DNA from: an uncultured Spirochaetota bacterium
Lineage (GTDB): Bacteria > Spirochaetota > Spirochaetia > SZUA-6 > Fen-1364
Direction: 5' to 3'
Assembly: GCA_963820525.1 (NCBI GenBank)
Contig: CAWGAA010000003.1
Coordinates: forward strand, 864,001-928,000
DNA length: 64,000 bases
Shown: one piece after another, positions 1-9,603 of the stretch
How positions within the stretch are numbered: position 1 is the first letter of the stretch
Layout: the number at the start of each line of letters is the position of its first letter
Made by a program: the position numbers and the translations under genes
Notes under the pieces: generated by a model
What the model saw: only the letters and a program-made list of their open reading frames with translations
What the model was told of the DNA's origin: nothing
The model's database searches: none

Positions 1-132
1 TCCTCTCCGAATAACGCGGTTCTCGTCATGGGGCGCGTGCGCGTCGAGAACGACAGCGACCTGTCGACTGCCTACGATCTTTCGAAGCAGGTACAGCTAA
101 CACCGCTAAGCGGCTGGCAATCCAGCCAGTAG
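1..132 (+). CDS. 3' end of DUF1254-like protein (partial, runs off window start)
   Basis: Frame 1 reads ...NNAVLVMGRVRVENDSDLSTAYDLSKQVQLTPLSGWQSSQ*, resembling a DUF1254 C-terminus; an attC follows 28 bp after the stop. Confidence 0.55.
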   Translation, partial: SSPNNAVLVMGRVRVENDSDLSTAYDLSKQVQLTPLSGWQSSQ

Positions 133-160
133 ATAGAATAAATGCCGTTGGTGCAACGGC

Positions 161-296
161 GCATAACAGTCCGTAATGCGCATCGCCGCCCTGCGGGTAG
201 CTCGGGCTTCGCGGCGCTGCAGCGCGCCGCTCCGCCACATGGCCCTCCGGCCTTGTTGGCCTCCGGGCCACGTCGCATACGGACGGCACGTTGTGT
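161..296 (+). repeat. integron attC site 1
   Basis: R'' GCATAAC (161-167); arms GTCCGTAATGCG / CGCATACGGAC with one extra base; long imperfect palindrome; R' GTTGTGT (290-296). Confidence 0.9.
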
Positions 297-366
297 GACA
301 TTGCGCTTGTTTCCATATATAATCTTAAGCACTGTTACTCTCTGCTAAAGTTCAAAGGAGGATGTA

Positions 367-968
367 ATGTTGTCGAAAAGGTATCTCTTTAGTGTCAAGA
401 ACCTTCCTAATATCATGCAGAAAATCATCGATGGCACCGCTCCGGATAATTTCACTCTTGATCACCTACAAGGGCTTGGTTTTAAGGGGAGTGCAGACAG
501 AGCTATAATCCCAGTATTGAAGGAGCTCTTGGGTTCCTCTCAGAAGATGGGATTCCCACTAAGAGGTATCATGAATACCGTGATAAGTCACAATCCAAAA
601 GAGTTATGGGAGAAGCCTTGCATGAAGCTTATGCAGATTTATTTCACATAAACGCTAATCCTAGTGAGAACGATCGATCCGCCATCATGGGTAAATTTAA
701 GAGCACGCATAATGCGACCGATTCCGTTGCTGAGAAACAGGTTACGACGTTTTTTGCTTTATTGAAGCTTGCCGACCTAACATCTACCGTCAAGAAGAAA
801 ATAGAAAAGCCGCCTGAGGAGATACTGCCGGAAAAAGGAAAAAAGGAACACGCTGACGAGATGCCACTTAGTCTCCGGTATAACATTGAAATTCATTTAC
901 CCGCAACAAAGGATGTAGATGTCTACAATGCAATATTTAAATCGCTTAAAGCCCATCTGCTGGAGTAG
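367..968 (+). pseudogene. DUF5343 family protein, frameshifted near 521-525
   Basis: ORF 367..651 (KNLPNIMQKI..APDNFTLDHLQGLGFKGSADRAIIPVLK) continues in another frame as ALGFLSEDGIPTKRYHEYRDKSQSKRVMGEAL..YNIEIHLPATKDVDVYNAIFKSLK; RBS AAGGAGG upstream. Confidence 0.75.
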
Positions 969-970
969 CT

Positions 971-1552
971 ATGTCAGAAGAATTAACTGATTGGATGTTT
1001 CGAGCGCTGATGTTCGAAGCAGAAGCAGAACATTTCAGAGCCGCAGGAATTAGGTTGGGAGCGGATATGCGGGCGGCAGAAGCTCAGCTTTTAGAAGAGG
1101 CACTTCAGCCATTTCAATTAAGTCTTAGAAATGACGCTCTCCTAATGTGTAGGCTATATGCACAGATATACTGCTTTGAGAACTCCGTAAGAGACGTAAT
1201 AAGATCTAGACTTGAAGAAAAATATAATGTCGACTGGTGGGAGAAAGGTGTACCACAAAAAGTTAAGGAATTTAGTGAAAGTAGACAAAAACAAGCTACA
1301 GAAAACAGCTGGCTAGAGGGTAATAAAAATGATCGTCTTGGCTTCATCGAATTTGGACATCTTGCCTCCATTATTGCGTCCAATTGGGACGACTTTGCAG
1401 ATCTTATTCCGTCTCAGCAGTGGCTAAGTCAACGGTTTGGAGAGCTTGAGCAGGCTAGAAACTATATTGCTCATAATCGTTTGCTGCTTCCGAGCGAGTT
1501 TGCGAGATTGGAGATGTATATTTCTGATTGGAATAAGCAAGTCGGATTATAG
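971..1552 (+). CDS. Swt1-like HEPN domain protein (putative RNase)
   Basis: YCFENSVR...WWEKGVP...FGHL..II..NWDDF and R-x4-H motif RNYIAH; starts 2 bp after the upstream stop. Confidence 0.8.
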   Translation: MSEELTDWMFRALMFEAEAEHFRAAGIRLGADMRAAEAQLLEEALQPFQLSLRNDALLMCRLYAQIYCFENSVRDVIRSRLEEKYNVDWWEKGVPQKVKEFSESRQKQATENSWLEGNKNDRLGFIEFGHLASIIASNWDDFADLIPSQQWLSQRFGELEQARNYIAHNRLLLPSEFARLEMYISDWNKQVGL

Positions 1553-1593
1553 CGCATAGCAACCTGCAATAGTCGATTTGGGAGTGCAACGTC

Positions 1594-1728
1594 ACACAAC
1601 AGCCAGTATGTGCTTCGCCGCCCTATCGGGCGGCTCGGGCTCCACGGCGCTGCAGCGCGCCACTCCGCCACATGGGCTTCGGCCCTCGTTGGGCCTCAGC
1701 CCACGTCGCATACTGGCAGCCGTTATGG
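1594..1728 (+). repeat. integron attC site 2
   Basis: R'' ACACAAC; arms GCCAGTATGTG / CGCATACTGGC; R' GTTATGG (1722-1728); internal sequence closely resembles attC 1. Confidence 0.9.
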
Positions 1729-1938
1729 GCAAGCCCCGTCGGGAGCGCGCGTGACATACGTAACACTTTTGCATCGACGCATACTGAGCACCTTCAGAGT
1801 AGGTCGTTGCCAGGCTTTTTAATTTCTTCAATCTCGAGGACTTGGGTTTGAGGCTCTTTCCCTGCGGGGGGCTGAGAGGGTCCTGAGGGCCTGCGCCGCC
1901 ACAGTAGGCTGAGCGGCGAGGTGTAGTATACTGCAGCT

Positions 1939-4638
1939 ATGCCCGCGCCCATCCTGGCCACGAAGCTGTTCATGCCCCCGCCCCGGCCGCATGCAGTCCT
2001 CCGCACCCGCCTGATCGAACGCTTGAACGAGGACCAGGGGCGAGGACGGGCTCTCACCCTCATCTCCGCCCCTGCGGGCTTCGGGAAGTCCACGCTGCTC
2101 AGCGCGTGGCTCGACCAGCGCGCGCGGCAGGATCCGAAGTTTCGCGTCGCCTGGCTCTCCCTCGACGAGGGAGACAACGACCCCTCCCGCTTCCTTCTCT
2201 ACCTTGCGGCCGCGCTGCACGGCGTCGAGCCGAGCTGCGGAGCCGACGCGATGGCCGCCCTCCATTCGCCCCAGCCGCCTTCGGCCGAGTCGATCCTCAC
2301 CGACCTGATCAACGAGATCGACGGCATCGCAGGGGATATCCTCCTCGTGCTCGACGACTACCACGCGGTCCGCTCCCCCCAGGTCGATGAGGAGCTCGCC
2401 TTCCTCCTCGAGCACCTGCCTGCGCGCATGCGGCTCGTCATCGCCACTCGCGAGGACCCGATCCTGCCTCTCGGCCGCCTGCGCGCCAAAGGCGAGCTTA
2501 CCGAGCTGCGCGCCGCCGACCTGCGCTTTTCGCCCGACGAGGCGGCCGATTTCCTCGGCCGGGTGATGGGCCTGGAGCTCAGGGCAGAGGACATCGCCGC
2601 CCTGGAGAACCGCACCGAAGGCTGGATCGCCGGCCTGCAATTGGCCGCGCTGTCCATGCAGGGTCAGAAAGACATCGCCGGTTTCATCCATTCGTTCACC
2701 GGCAGCCACCGCTTCGTGCTGGACTACCTGGCCGAGGAGGTCCTGCGTCATCAGCCCGAGGGCATCCAGGCCTTCCTCCTGCGGACCTCCATCCTGGACA
2801 GGCTCTGCGGCTCGCTCTGCGATGCCCTCATGCAGGGGGACCGGTGCCCGCGTCCCGACCTCGTCGCCTCCGGGCAGGAGACCCTGGAATACCTCGAGCG
2901 GGCGAATCTCTTCATCGTGCCCCTGGACAGCGAGAGGCGATGGTATCGCTACCACCGCCTTTTTGCCGAGCTTCTCAGGCAGCGGTTACAGCAGAGCCTG
3001 GCCGCCGACAAGGCCGGCAGTGAGACGGGCGCGGCTGCATTACATATCCGGGCCAGCCATTGGTATGAGGATAATGGCCTGCCCATCGAGGCATTCCGCC
3101 ACGCCGCCGCCGCCGCCGACATCGATCGCGCCGAGCGCTTGATCAACAGCAAGGGGATGCCCCTCCATTTCCGCGGCGCCGTGATCGCAATCCTTGACTG
3201 GCTGGCATCGTTGCCTGCCAGCGTGCTGGACGCACGTCCATCGCTCCGGGTGCTGACCGCCACGATGTCCCTCGTCGCTGGGAGGACCACCGGCGTCGAA
3301 GAGGCGCTCCAAGCCGCGGAGCAGGCCCTGCATGGCGCCGAGCCGGACGAAACGACCCACGATCTCATCGGCCGCATCGCCGCCGCCAGGGCCACCCTCG
3401 CCCTCACCCGCTACCAGCCGGACACTATCATGGTCCAGTCGCGCCGTGCGCTCGAGCACCTGCATCCCGACAACCTTCCCTTCCGCCTCACGGCCAAGTG
3501 GACCATGGCCTTCGCGCATTTCCTCCAGGGGGATCGGGCCGCCGCCGGCCGGGCCTATGTGGAGCTGGAATCCATGAGCCATGTCTCCGGGGACGTCTTT
3601 TTCACGCAGTTGTCCCTGTGCAGCCTGGGGGAGGCCCGGGAGCTGGACAACCAGCTCCACCAGGCCGCGGAGACTTACCGGCGCGCCCTTCGATCCTTCG
3701 GCGACCATCCGCAACCGACCGCGAGCCAGGCGCATCTCGGCCTGGCCCGCATATCGTACGAATGGAACGAGCTGGATGCGGCGGAAGAGCATGGGGAACG
3801 AGGCCTCCAGCTCGCGCGGCAGTACGACAGGGCCGTCGACCGGTTCATCCTCTGCGAGCTTATCCTCGCCCGAGTCACGCTGGCCAGGGGACATATCGCC
3901 GTCGTTGGCGCCAGGCTCGACGAGCTCGCGACCACCGCGCGAAGGCGGGGTTTCCCCCATCGCCTCCCGGAGATCGCCGCGCTCCAGGTACCTGTCCTCC
4001 TGCGCCAGGGCCACGTGGAGGCGGCCGCTCATCTCGCCGGAGCCTTCGACCTGCCCCAGAGCCGGGCGCGGGTCCTCCTGGCGCAGAACGAGCCTTCTTC
4101 GGCCCTGGCGTTGCTCGAGCCGCTGCGCGGCCAGATGGAGGCGAAAAGCTGGCAGGACGAGCGCCTCAAGGTGCTGGCGCTCCAGGCGCTCGCTCTCCAC
4201 GCGAAGGGCCGGGAAGACGAGGCGCTGCGCCTGCTCGTCGAGACGATGGAGCTGGCGGAAGGCGGGGGATTCATCCGCCTCTTCCTGGACGAGGGCGCCC
4301 CGATGGCCAAGCTCCTCTCCGTGGCGGCTGCGCGAGGAATGATGCCAGCGTACGCCGGCAGGTTGCTGACAGCCTTCGCGGCGGAGAAGCAGGTGCGCGA
4401 AAGCGCGCTCGCCGAATCGGCTTCCTCCCTCTCCCCAGCGCTCACCGAGCCGTTGAGCCGGCGTGAGCTCGAGGTCCTCAGGCTCCTCGCAGAAGGGCTC
4501 TCCAACCAGGAGATAGGCGAGCGCCTCTTCCTCGCCCTGGACACGATCAAGGGCCACAACCGGAGGATCTTCGAGAAGCTCGAGGTCAAGCGGCGCACGG
4601 AAGCCATCGCCCGTGGCCGCGAGCTGGGCCTGCTGTAG
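1939..4638 (+). CDS. MalT-like STAND ATPase / TPR / LuxR-HTH transcriptional regulator
   Basis: ATKLFMPP start, Walker A APAGFGKST, Walker B LVLDDYH, TEGWIAGLQL, C-terminal LSRRELEVL..GLSNQEI HTH. Confidence 0.92.
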   Translation: MPAPILATKLFMPPPRPHAVLRTRLIERLNEDQGRGRALTLISAPAGFGKSTLLSAWLDQRARQDPKFRVAWLSLDEGDNDPSRFLLYLAAALHGVEPSCGADAMAALHSPQPPSAESILTDLINEIDGIAGDILLVLDDYHAVRSPQVDEELAFLLEHLPARMRLVIATREDPILPLGRLRAKGELTELRAADLRFSPDEAADFLGRVMGLELRAEDIAALENRTEGWIAGLQLAALSMQGQKDIAGFIHSFTGSHRFVLDYLAEEVLRHQPEGIQAFLLRTSILDRLCGSLCDALMQGDRCPRPDLVASGQETLEYLERANLFIVPLDSERRWYRYHRLFAELLRQRLQQSLAADKAGSETGAAALHIRASHWYEDNGLPIEAFRHAAAAADIDRAERLINSKGMPLHFRGAVIAILDWLASLPASVLDARPSLRVLTATMSLVAGRTTGVEEALQAAEQALHGAEPDETTHDLIGRIAAARATLALTRYQPDTIMVQSRRALEHLHPDNLPFRLTAKWTMAFAHFLQGDRAAAGRAYVELESMSHVSGDVFFTQLSLCSLGEARELDNQLHQAAETYRRALRSFGDHPQPTASQAHLGLARISYEWNELDAAEEHGERGLQLARQYDRAVDRFILCELILARVTLARGHIAVVGARLDELATTARRRGFPHRLPEIAALQVPVLLRQGHVEAAAHLAGAFDLPQSRARVLLAQNEPSSALALLEPLRGQMEAKSWQDERLKVLALQALALHAKGREDEALRLLVETMELAEGGGFIRLFLDEGAPMAKLLSVAAARGMMPAYAGRLLTAFAAEKQVRESALAESASSLSPALTEPLSRRELEVLRLLAEGLSNQEIGERLFLALDTIKGHNRRIFEKLEVKRRTEAIARGRELGLL

Positions 4639-4722
4639 CAGCCTTCCCGCCTGCACCGGTCTCCCGCATCCCTGAAAACGACACTCCGAATGACACTTTC
4701 GTGTCTACGCGCCGCGGGGCGG

Positions 4723-4835
4723 AATGGACATACTTGCACTATCAAATGATCACAGGAGGCATTTCATGGACACCTATCGACGATCGGGGATTGTGACGGG
4801 GATCTTGTTCATCGCAGCGGATGCAGCCGGTTTCC
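4723..4835 (+). repeat. 113-bp direct repeat copy 1 (RBS + truncated DUF4386 5' end)
   Basis: Matches 5612-5724 with 4 mismatches. Confidence 0.9.
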
Positions 4836-4918
4836 CGCGGCTATTATACGTTGGCTCCTTCGGTGGAGACCCGAAAAAAGCAACATTTTCGTTCATGACC
4901 GAGTAAAAGGAGAAAATC

Positions 4919-5608
4919 ATGGGAACAACAGAGAAGAAATCGCGGATTCTTGGGCTGGCTTTTCTGATCCAGTTCGTCACATCGTTCACGAACGGTCTCG
5001 TCGTGCTCCCCATGGCCACCGGGGTTCAGGGCTTCGGTCTGCTCGAGAACATCGGCCAAACCATGGCCAACATCGCGAAAAACGCGGGGCTCATCCACCT
5101 CGACATCCTCTTGGAACTGCTAACCGCAGCCGGTGTGATCTTCCTCGGTGCGATTCTGTACTCGGCGGTGAGAAAACAGAACGAAGGACTGGCTTTGACC
5201 GCCTTCGGTCTATACGTTCTGGAAGGCGCCTTGATCGCGGTCACAAAACTCGGACTCTTCGCCCTCTTGGTCCTCAGCAAGCAGTTCATCGCCGCGGGCA
5301 GCCCCGTCTCGCTGGAACCGACGGCCAGGATGGTATACGAAGTCATGTCGTACTCGTCCACGATGTTCAATTTTGCCTTCTGCCTGGGCGCAACGATCTT
5401 CTACGCCCTGCTTTTCAGAGCCCGCACAGTGGCGTGGCCCTTGTCGCTGTGGGGTCTGGTGAGCGTCCAGGGCGTCTTCGCGGGAGTATTGATAGGTCTC
5501 TTCGGCGTCAAAGCTCCCATCTTCCTCTACGTCCTCTACATCCCCTTCGAACTCGTGATCGCCGTCTGGATTCTCATCAGGGGCGTGAAAAAAGAAACGG
5601 TGAACTAG
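4919..5608 (+). CDS. DUF4386 family membrane protein
   Basis: Multiple hydrophobic segments, ..NEGLAL.., WPLSLWGL, FELVIAVWILIRG; RBS AAGGAG. Confidence 0.75.
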   Translation: MGTTEKKSRILGLAFLIQFVTSFTNGLVVLPMATGVQGFGLLENIGQTMANIAKNAGLIHLDILLELLTAAGVIFLGAILYSAVRKQNEGLALTAFGLYVLEGALIAVTKLGLFALLVLSKQFIAAGSPVSLEPTARMVYEVMSYSSTMFNFAFCLGATIFYALLFRARTVAWPLSLWGLVSVQGVFAGVLIGLFGVKAPIFLYVLYIPFELVIAVWILIRGVKKETVN

Positions 5609-5611
5609 CGC

Positions 5612-5724
5612 AATGGACATGCTTGCATTATCAAAGGATCACAGGAGGCATTTCATGGACACCTATCGACGATCGGGAATTGTGACGGGGATCTTGTTCA
5701 TCGCAGCGGATGCAGCCGGTTTCC
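5612..5724 (+). repeat. 113-bp direct repeat copy 2
   Basis: Matches 4723-4835. Confidence 0.9.
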
Positions 5725-6347
5725 TGTCATTTTTAGCGCAACCGCTTATCAACGCCCCGGACTACCTGACGAAAATCTCCGCGAACGAAGTGACGGTCCT
5801 CGCGGGGGCGTTGCTGGTCTTCATCATGGGCTGGGCCGATGCCGGCATCGGGATTTCGATGTATCCGATTCTGCGGAGGCACAACGAAGGCCTCGCACTG
5901 GGTGCTGCCGGATTCAGGATCATCGACGGGGTCTTCCATTGCATCGGCGCTGTTCTCATCCTCCTGCTGGCGACCTTGAGCCGGGAGTTCATCAAGGCAG
6001 GACCAGCCGATCTGGCGCAGTTCCAGAACCTCGGCGCGCTGCTGCGGGAAGGGCGCACCTGGGTGGGCGATGTGGCGGCTCTCCCCGCCTGGTGCATCGG
6101 CGCGTGTCTGTACTATTCGCTGTTCTTCAAGACGCGGCTGGTCCCTCGCTGGCTGTCCCTGTGGGGGCTCGCCGGGATCACCCTGACCATAGCCGGAAGC
6201 ATCCTGGTCCTGTTCCGCCAGATCGCCCCCATGTCGACCGTCCAGCTGCTCATGTACCTGCCCTGCGCTCTGCAGGAAATAGTGCTGGCGATCTGGCTCA
6301 TCGCGAAGGGATTCAATCCATCCGCAATCGCCTCGCCGCAGCGCTGA
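5655..6347 (+). CDS. DUF4386 family membrane protein
   Basis: GILFI..YPILRRHNEGLALG..LVPRWLSLWGL..QEIVLAIWLIAKGF; RBS AGGAGG. Confidence 0.82.
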   Translation: MDTYRRSGIVTGILFIAADAAGFLSFLAQPLINAPDYLTKISANEVTVLAGALLVFIMGWADAGIGISMYPILRRHNEGLALGAAGFRIIDGVFHCIGAVLILLLATLSREFIKAGPADLAQFQNLGALLREGRTWVGDVAALPAWCIGACLYYSLFFKTRLVPRWLSLWGLAGITLTIAGSILVLFRQIAPMSTVQLLMYLPCALQEIVLAIWLIAKGFNPSAIASPQR

Positions 6348-6377
6348 CGGCGGCGCGGTGCAGCAGCGAAGAGCCTC

Positions 6378-6611
6378 ATGGAGTATCAGATACGGATCAA
6401 GGGCGAGCTGGGGCAGGAATGGGCAGACTGGTTCGGAGGCTCTGCCATCGCTCGGGAGGGAGACGGCGTCACGCTCCTGACCTGCGCCGTGGTCGACCAG
6501 GCTGCGCTGTATGGCCTTCTCAGGAAACTGCGGGACCTGGGTCTGCCCCTGCTCTCGATCAATCGCATTGACGACTGCCCCGAGCGGAAGCCCGAGGCTA
6601 AGTCGACATAA
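6378..6611 (+). CDS. small conserved hypothetical protein (ACT-like fold suspected)
   Basis: YQIRIKGEL..WADWF..VVDQAALYGLLRKLRDLGLPLLSI, a pattern I associate with MalT/DUF4386 neighbourhoods. Confidence 0.7.
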   Translation: MEYQIRIKGELGQEWADWFGGSAIAREGDGVTLLTCAVVDQAALYGLLRKLRDLGLPLLSINRIDDCPERKPEAKST

Positions 6612-6656
6612 CCGTCCCGCGTGGCCAGACCACCGCGACGACAGGAGGCATCGAAC

Positions 6657-7361
6657 ATGACGAATTTTATAGAAGACGTACGGCCGCGGACCATGGCCCG
6701 CATCGCCGGGTTCCTGTACCTCAGTTTCATCATTTTTATGGCACTCGCCAACGTGGTTGGCCGCATGGGCATCATCGTAGACGGCGACACAGCGGCCACG
6801 GCCGCGAATATCATCGCGAAGGGAATACGTTTCCGCATCGGCTTCGTGAGCGATCTATTGTCAGCCCTGCTTTTCCTCTTGACCGCGTGGGCACTCTACG
6901 CGCTCCTGAAACGGGTGAACAGGACTTTGGCCTTATTGTTCCTGCTGCTCAACATGTGCGGGGTCGCCATGCAATGCTTCAGCATGATTCTCCTGTACGC
7001 GGCCCTTCCTCTCCTGGGAGGAGGCGGATACCTCGCCGCGTTCACCACTAATCAACTCAACGCCCAGGCCATGTTCTTCCTCGGTCTCTACAAAGCGGGA
7101 TTCTCGAGCGCCCAACTCTTCTACGGCGCATGGACCTTGCCTTTGGGGTACCTCGTGTACAAATCCGGATTCCTCCCCAAAGCCCTCGGCGTCCTTCTCA
7201 TGATTGATTGCCTGGCCATACTCGTCTGGTTCTTCCAGTTTATCTTTCTGCCCAGTTATGCGACCATAAGCTATCCCTGCTATGCAGTCAGCTTCATCGC
7301 GGAATTCTCGCTTACCCTCTGGCTGCTCATCAAAAGCATCAAGGAGGAAAGGCTTATGTGA
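6657..7361 (+). CDS. DUF4386 family membrane protein
   Basis: ARIAGFLYL..GDTAATAANII..FRIGF..PLGYLVYKSGFLPKALG..AEFSLTLWLLIK; RBS AGGAGG. Confidence 0.82.
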   Translation: MTNFIEDVRPRTMARIAGFLYLSFIIFMALANVVGRMGIIVDGDTAATAANIIAKGIRFRIGFVSDLLSALLFLLTAWALYALLKRVNRTLALLFLLLNMCGVAMQCFSMILLYAALPLLGGGGYLAAFTTNQLNAQAMFFLGLYKAGFSSAQLFYGAWTLPLGYLVYKSGFLPKALGVLLMIDCLAILVWFFQFIFLPSYATISYPCYAVSFIAEFSLTLWLLIKSIKEERLM

Positions 7362-7573
7362 GAGTCTTCATCGCGCCGCAGCGGGTGAGTCATATTTCCA
7401 TGGCACAGCGGCAGCAGTCTTTTCCAGGAACACATTTTGCACGAGTAGAGCTCCCCGGACAGGCACAGGACCAAGATTCAGGGTTGGTTCCGCTCAGTAG
7501 CCCGAAATGACAGTTGTTATCAGTCAGAGACGAGCAATAGTGAGTCGGATCAGAGACTGAATAACAGGAGGTA

Positions 7574-8086
7574 ATGATTATGAGCGCAATGGATAAGCAC
7601 CTTCAGAGCATCCAATACACATCACAAGGAGAAGGCAAAATGCGAAAAAGAGGTTCGATAGTTCTCTCAATATGGAGCGGTATCAACATTTTCGTTGCTT
7701 CCTTAATATTAACCATTGTCGTCTTTCACTTTGGAAACTCACCGCTTCTGGTAATGGTCTTTGAAAAATCTGAAATCGCTAGACTTGACGCCAAAGTCAT
7801 TTCGGCTCTCAATTGTTTGACAATCCTTTACAACTCTTGTGATGTTGCCCTCTCAGTACTGGCATTATTCATTATCTGGTCAGGTCTAATCAATGGCAAA
7901 AGGTGGGCTTTTTGGGCATTGCTGATCACGATTGGCTTTGTAGAGATATTGGCCTTTGTCGCTTCCGCAGAAGTCGGAAATGTCTGGCTGAGATGGCAAG
8001 TGAATGTTGTTCAGAGCGTTTTATACATTGTGGGCATTGGTTTGTCTGGCTATTCCATATTCAAGTCCAAGCAGCAGGCCGTATGA
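7574..8086 (+). CDS. hypothetical membrane protein
   Basis: Four hydrophobic segments; lower GC; start uncertain. Confidence 0.55.
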   Translation: MIMSAMDKHLQSIQYTSQGEGKMRKRGSIVLSIWSGINIFVASLILTIVVFHFGNSPLLVMVFEKSEIARLDAKVISALNCLTILYNSCDVALSVLALFIIWSGLINGKRWAFWALLITIGFVEILAFVASAEVGNVWLRWQVNVVQSVLYIVGIGLSGYSIFKSKQQAV

Positions 8087-8235
8087 TCAAACAAATGATA
8101 GGTTAATCGACCCCGAGAGCGCTGCCTATCTGATACGGGTGTGGTCAGAATGGAGCCTGCCGACCGACCGGCTGCGGGCGGCGAGTTCGAGCGACCGGTT
8201 AAGCCATGCCGCACGGGCATCATAAAACAGGAGGA

Positions 8236-9210
8236 ATGAGCATGAAAGCGATAGTGCAAACGAGATACGGGCTGCGCAGCCTGCGGATCATGGATGCACC
8301 CAAACCGGTCCCGGGAGAGAATCAAGTCCTGGTCAGGGTCCATGCCGCGGCCCTGAATTATGCCGTCATGTTCCGGGTGACGGGGAAGCCTTTTCTTGCC
8401 CGCCTGATGATGGGCAGCCTCCTGAAGCCGAAGCGATGGATCCCCGGAGGCGAAATGTCGGGACGGGTGGAAGCGGTCGGCGCGAAGGTGCGCGCCTTCA
8501 AGCCTGCCGACGAAGTCTACGGGGACACGTGCAAATGCGGATACGGAGCGCTCGCCGAGCTTGTCTGCGCCGACGAGAGCGCGCTCGCCCTGAAGCCGAC
8601 CACGCTTTCGTTCGAAGAGGCGGCGGGCGTGCCCCAATCGGCCCTCGTCGCCCTGCAGGGCCTCCGCGCCGGAGGGATCCACAAAGGCCAGAAGGTCCTG
8701 ATCCATGGAGCCTCCGGCGGCATCGGAACCTTCGCCGTGCAGATAGCGAAATCCTTCGGCGCCGGGGTGACGGGCGTGTGCGGCGCCAAGAACCTGGACA
8801 TGGTGCGCTCGCTTGGCGCCGATCGCGTCATCGACTACGCCACGGAAGGCGTCGCGGAGGAGGCGGAAGCCTATGACCTCATCCTGGCGATCCGCGGCAC
8901 CCGCCCGGTTCGCGATTATTACCGCGCGCTGCGTCCGGGCGGAACCTACGTTATGGCCGGAGGCTCCCCTTTCCGATTCATGATGACCGCTTTCCAGGGA
9001 TCGCGGCTCTTCAGGTCCGGAAGCAAGACGATGAGGAGATTCACCTACTCGCCGAACGCGGAGGACCTCTTGCTCATGAAGGGGCTCATAGAAGCGGGGA
9101 AGGTCCGGTCCATCATCGACAAGGTATATCCTCTGAGCGAGGCGGCCGAAGCATTCCGTTACCTCGAGAAGGGACATGCGAGGGGGCGAGTGATAGTTCG
9201 CGTGGGATAA
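8236..9210 (+). CDS. NAD(P)-dependent medium-chain dehydrogenase/reductase (quinone oxidoreductase-like)
   Basis: MKAIVQTRYG, VLVRVHAAALN, GASGGIG nucleotide-binding motif, GHARGRVIV C-terminus. Confidence 0.88.
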   Translation: MSMKAIVQTRYGLRSLRIMDAPKPVPGENQVLVRVHAAALNYAVMFRVTGKPFLARLMMGSLLKPKRWIPGGEMSGRVEAVGAKVRAFKPADEVYGDTCKCGYGALAELVCADESALALKPTTLSFEEAAGVPQSALVALQGLRAGGIHKGQKVLIHGASGGIGTFAVQIAKSFGAGVTGVCGAKNLDMVRSLGADRVIDYATEGVAEEAEAYDLILAIRGTRPVRDYYRALRPGGTYVMAGGSPFRFMMTAFQGSRLFRSGSKTMRRFTYSPNAEDLLLMKGLIEAGKVRSIIDKVYPLSEAAEAFRYLEKGHARGRVIVRVG

Positions 9211-9306
9211 TGGGCGAGCGTTGAAGTCAGGGATCAGCTGAGTCCCCTCCCGCAATCGATAAGATTTGCGTCGTCGAAACCGTCGTAAAAAAGGTACGGG
9301 GGCACC

Positions 9307-9519
9307 ATGGGTCCCTCGGCCCGCGGGGCGATGTACCGGCTCGTCGAGCTTCTCGGAGATGAGGAATGGCTGGTGCGAAAGGCGGTCGTCTATGCCCAGT
9401 CGTTTATCGCTCCAGATGATCCGGATGTATTGAAAGCGCTGCGAAATCGCCTGAATGACCCGAAAGACCAGGTGCGGGCAGCCGCCAACCTCTTTCTAAG
9501 AACGCTTGAAGATCAATAG
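9307..9519 (+). CDS. HEAT-repeat protein fragment
   Basis: LLGDEEWLVRKAVV..LNDPKDQVRAAA; short and probably 5'-truncated. Confidence 0.45.
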   Translation: MGPSARGAMYRLVELLGDEEWLVRKAVVYAQSFIAPDDPDVLKALRNRLNDPKDQVRAAANLFLRTLEDQ

Positions 9520-9603
9520 GAAAGAACACTAACAATGATTGTGGAGCTGTACTGACGGTTCTTATAAGGGATTAGTGTAAAATCTGGCACAACGGCACAT
9601 AAC

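Larger units (their letters stand above)
291..1722 (+). mobile_element. integron gene cassette carrying DUF5343 + HEPN gene pair
   Basis: Left end GTTGTGTGACATTGC is complementary to GCAACGTCACACAAC at the R'' of the next attC; AT-rich content. Confidence 0.88.

Noticed and set aside
1828..4656. Long antisense/alternate-frame ORFs (also 29058-30665, 31832-33469, 49047-50531, 59336-60835)
   Set aside because: Shadows of GC-rich genes with recognisable products in another frame; no motifs
7516..7565. GTTATCAGTC...GACTGAATAAC inverted repeat as an empty mini-cassette
   Set aside because: Short, imperfect and not adjoined by attC bodies
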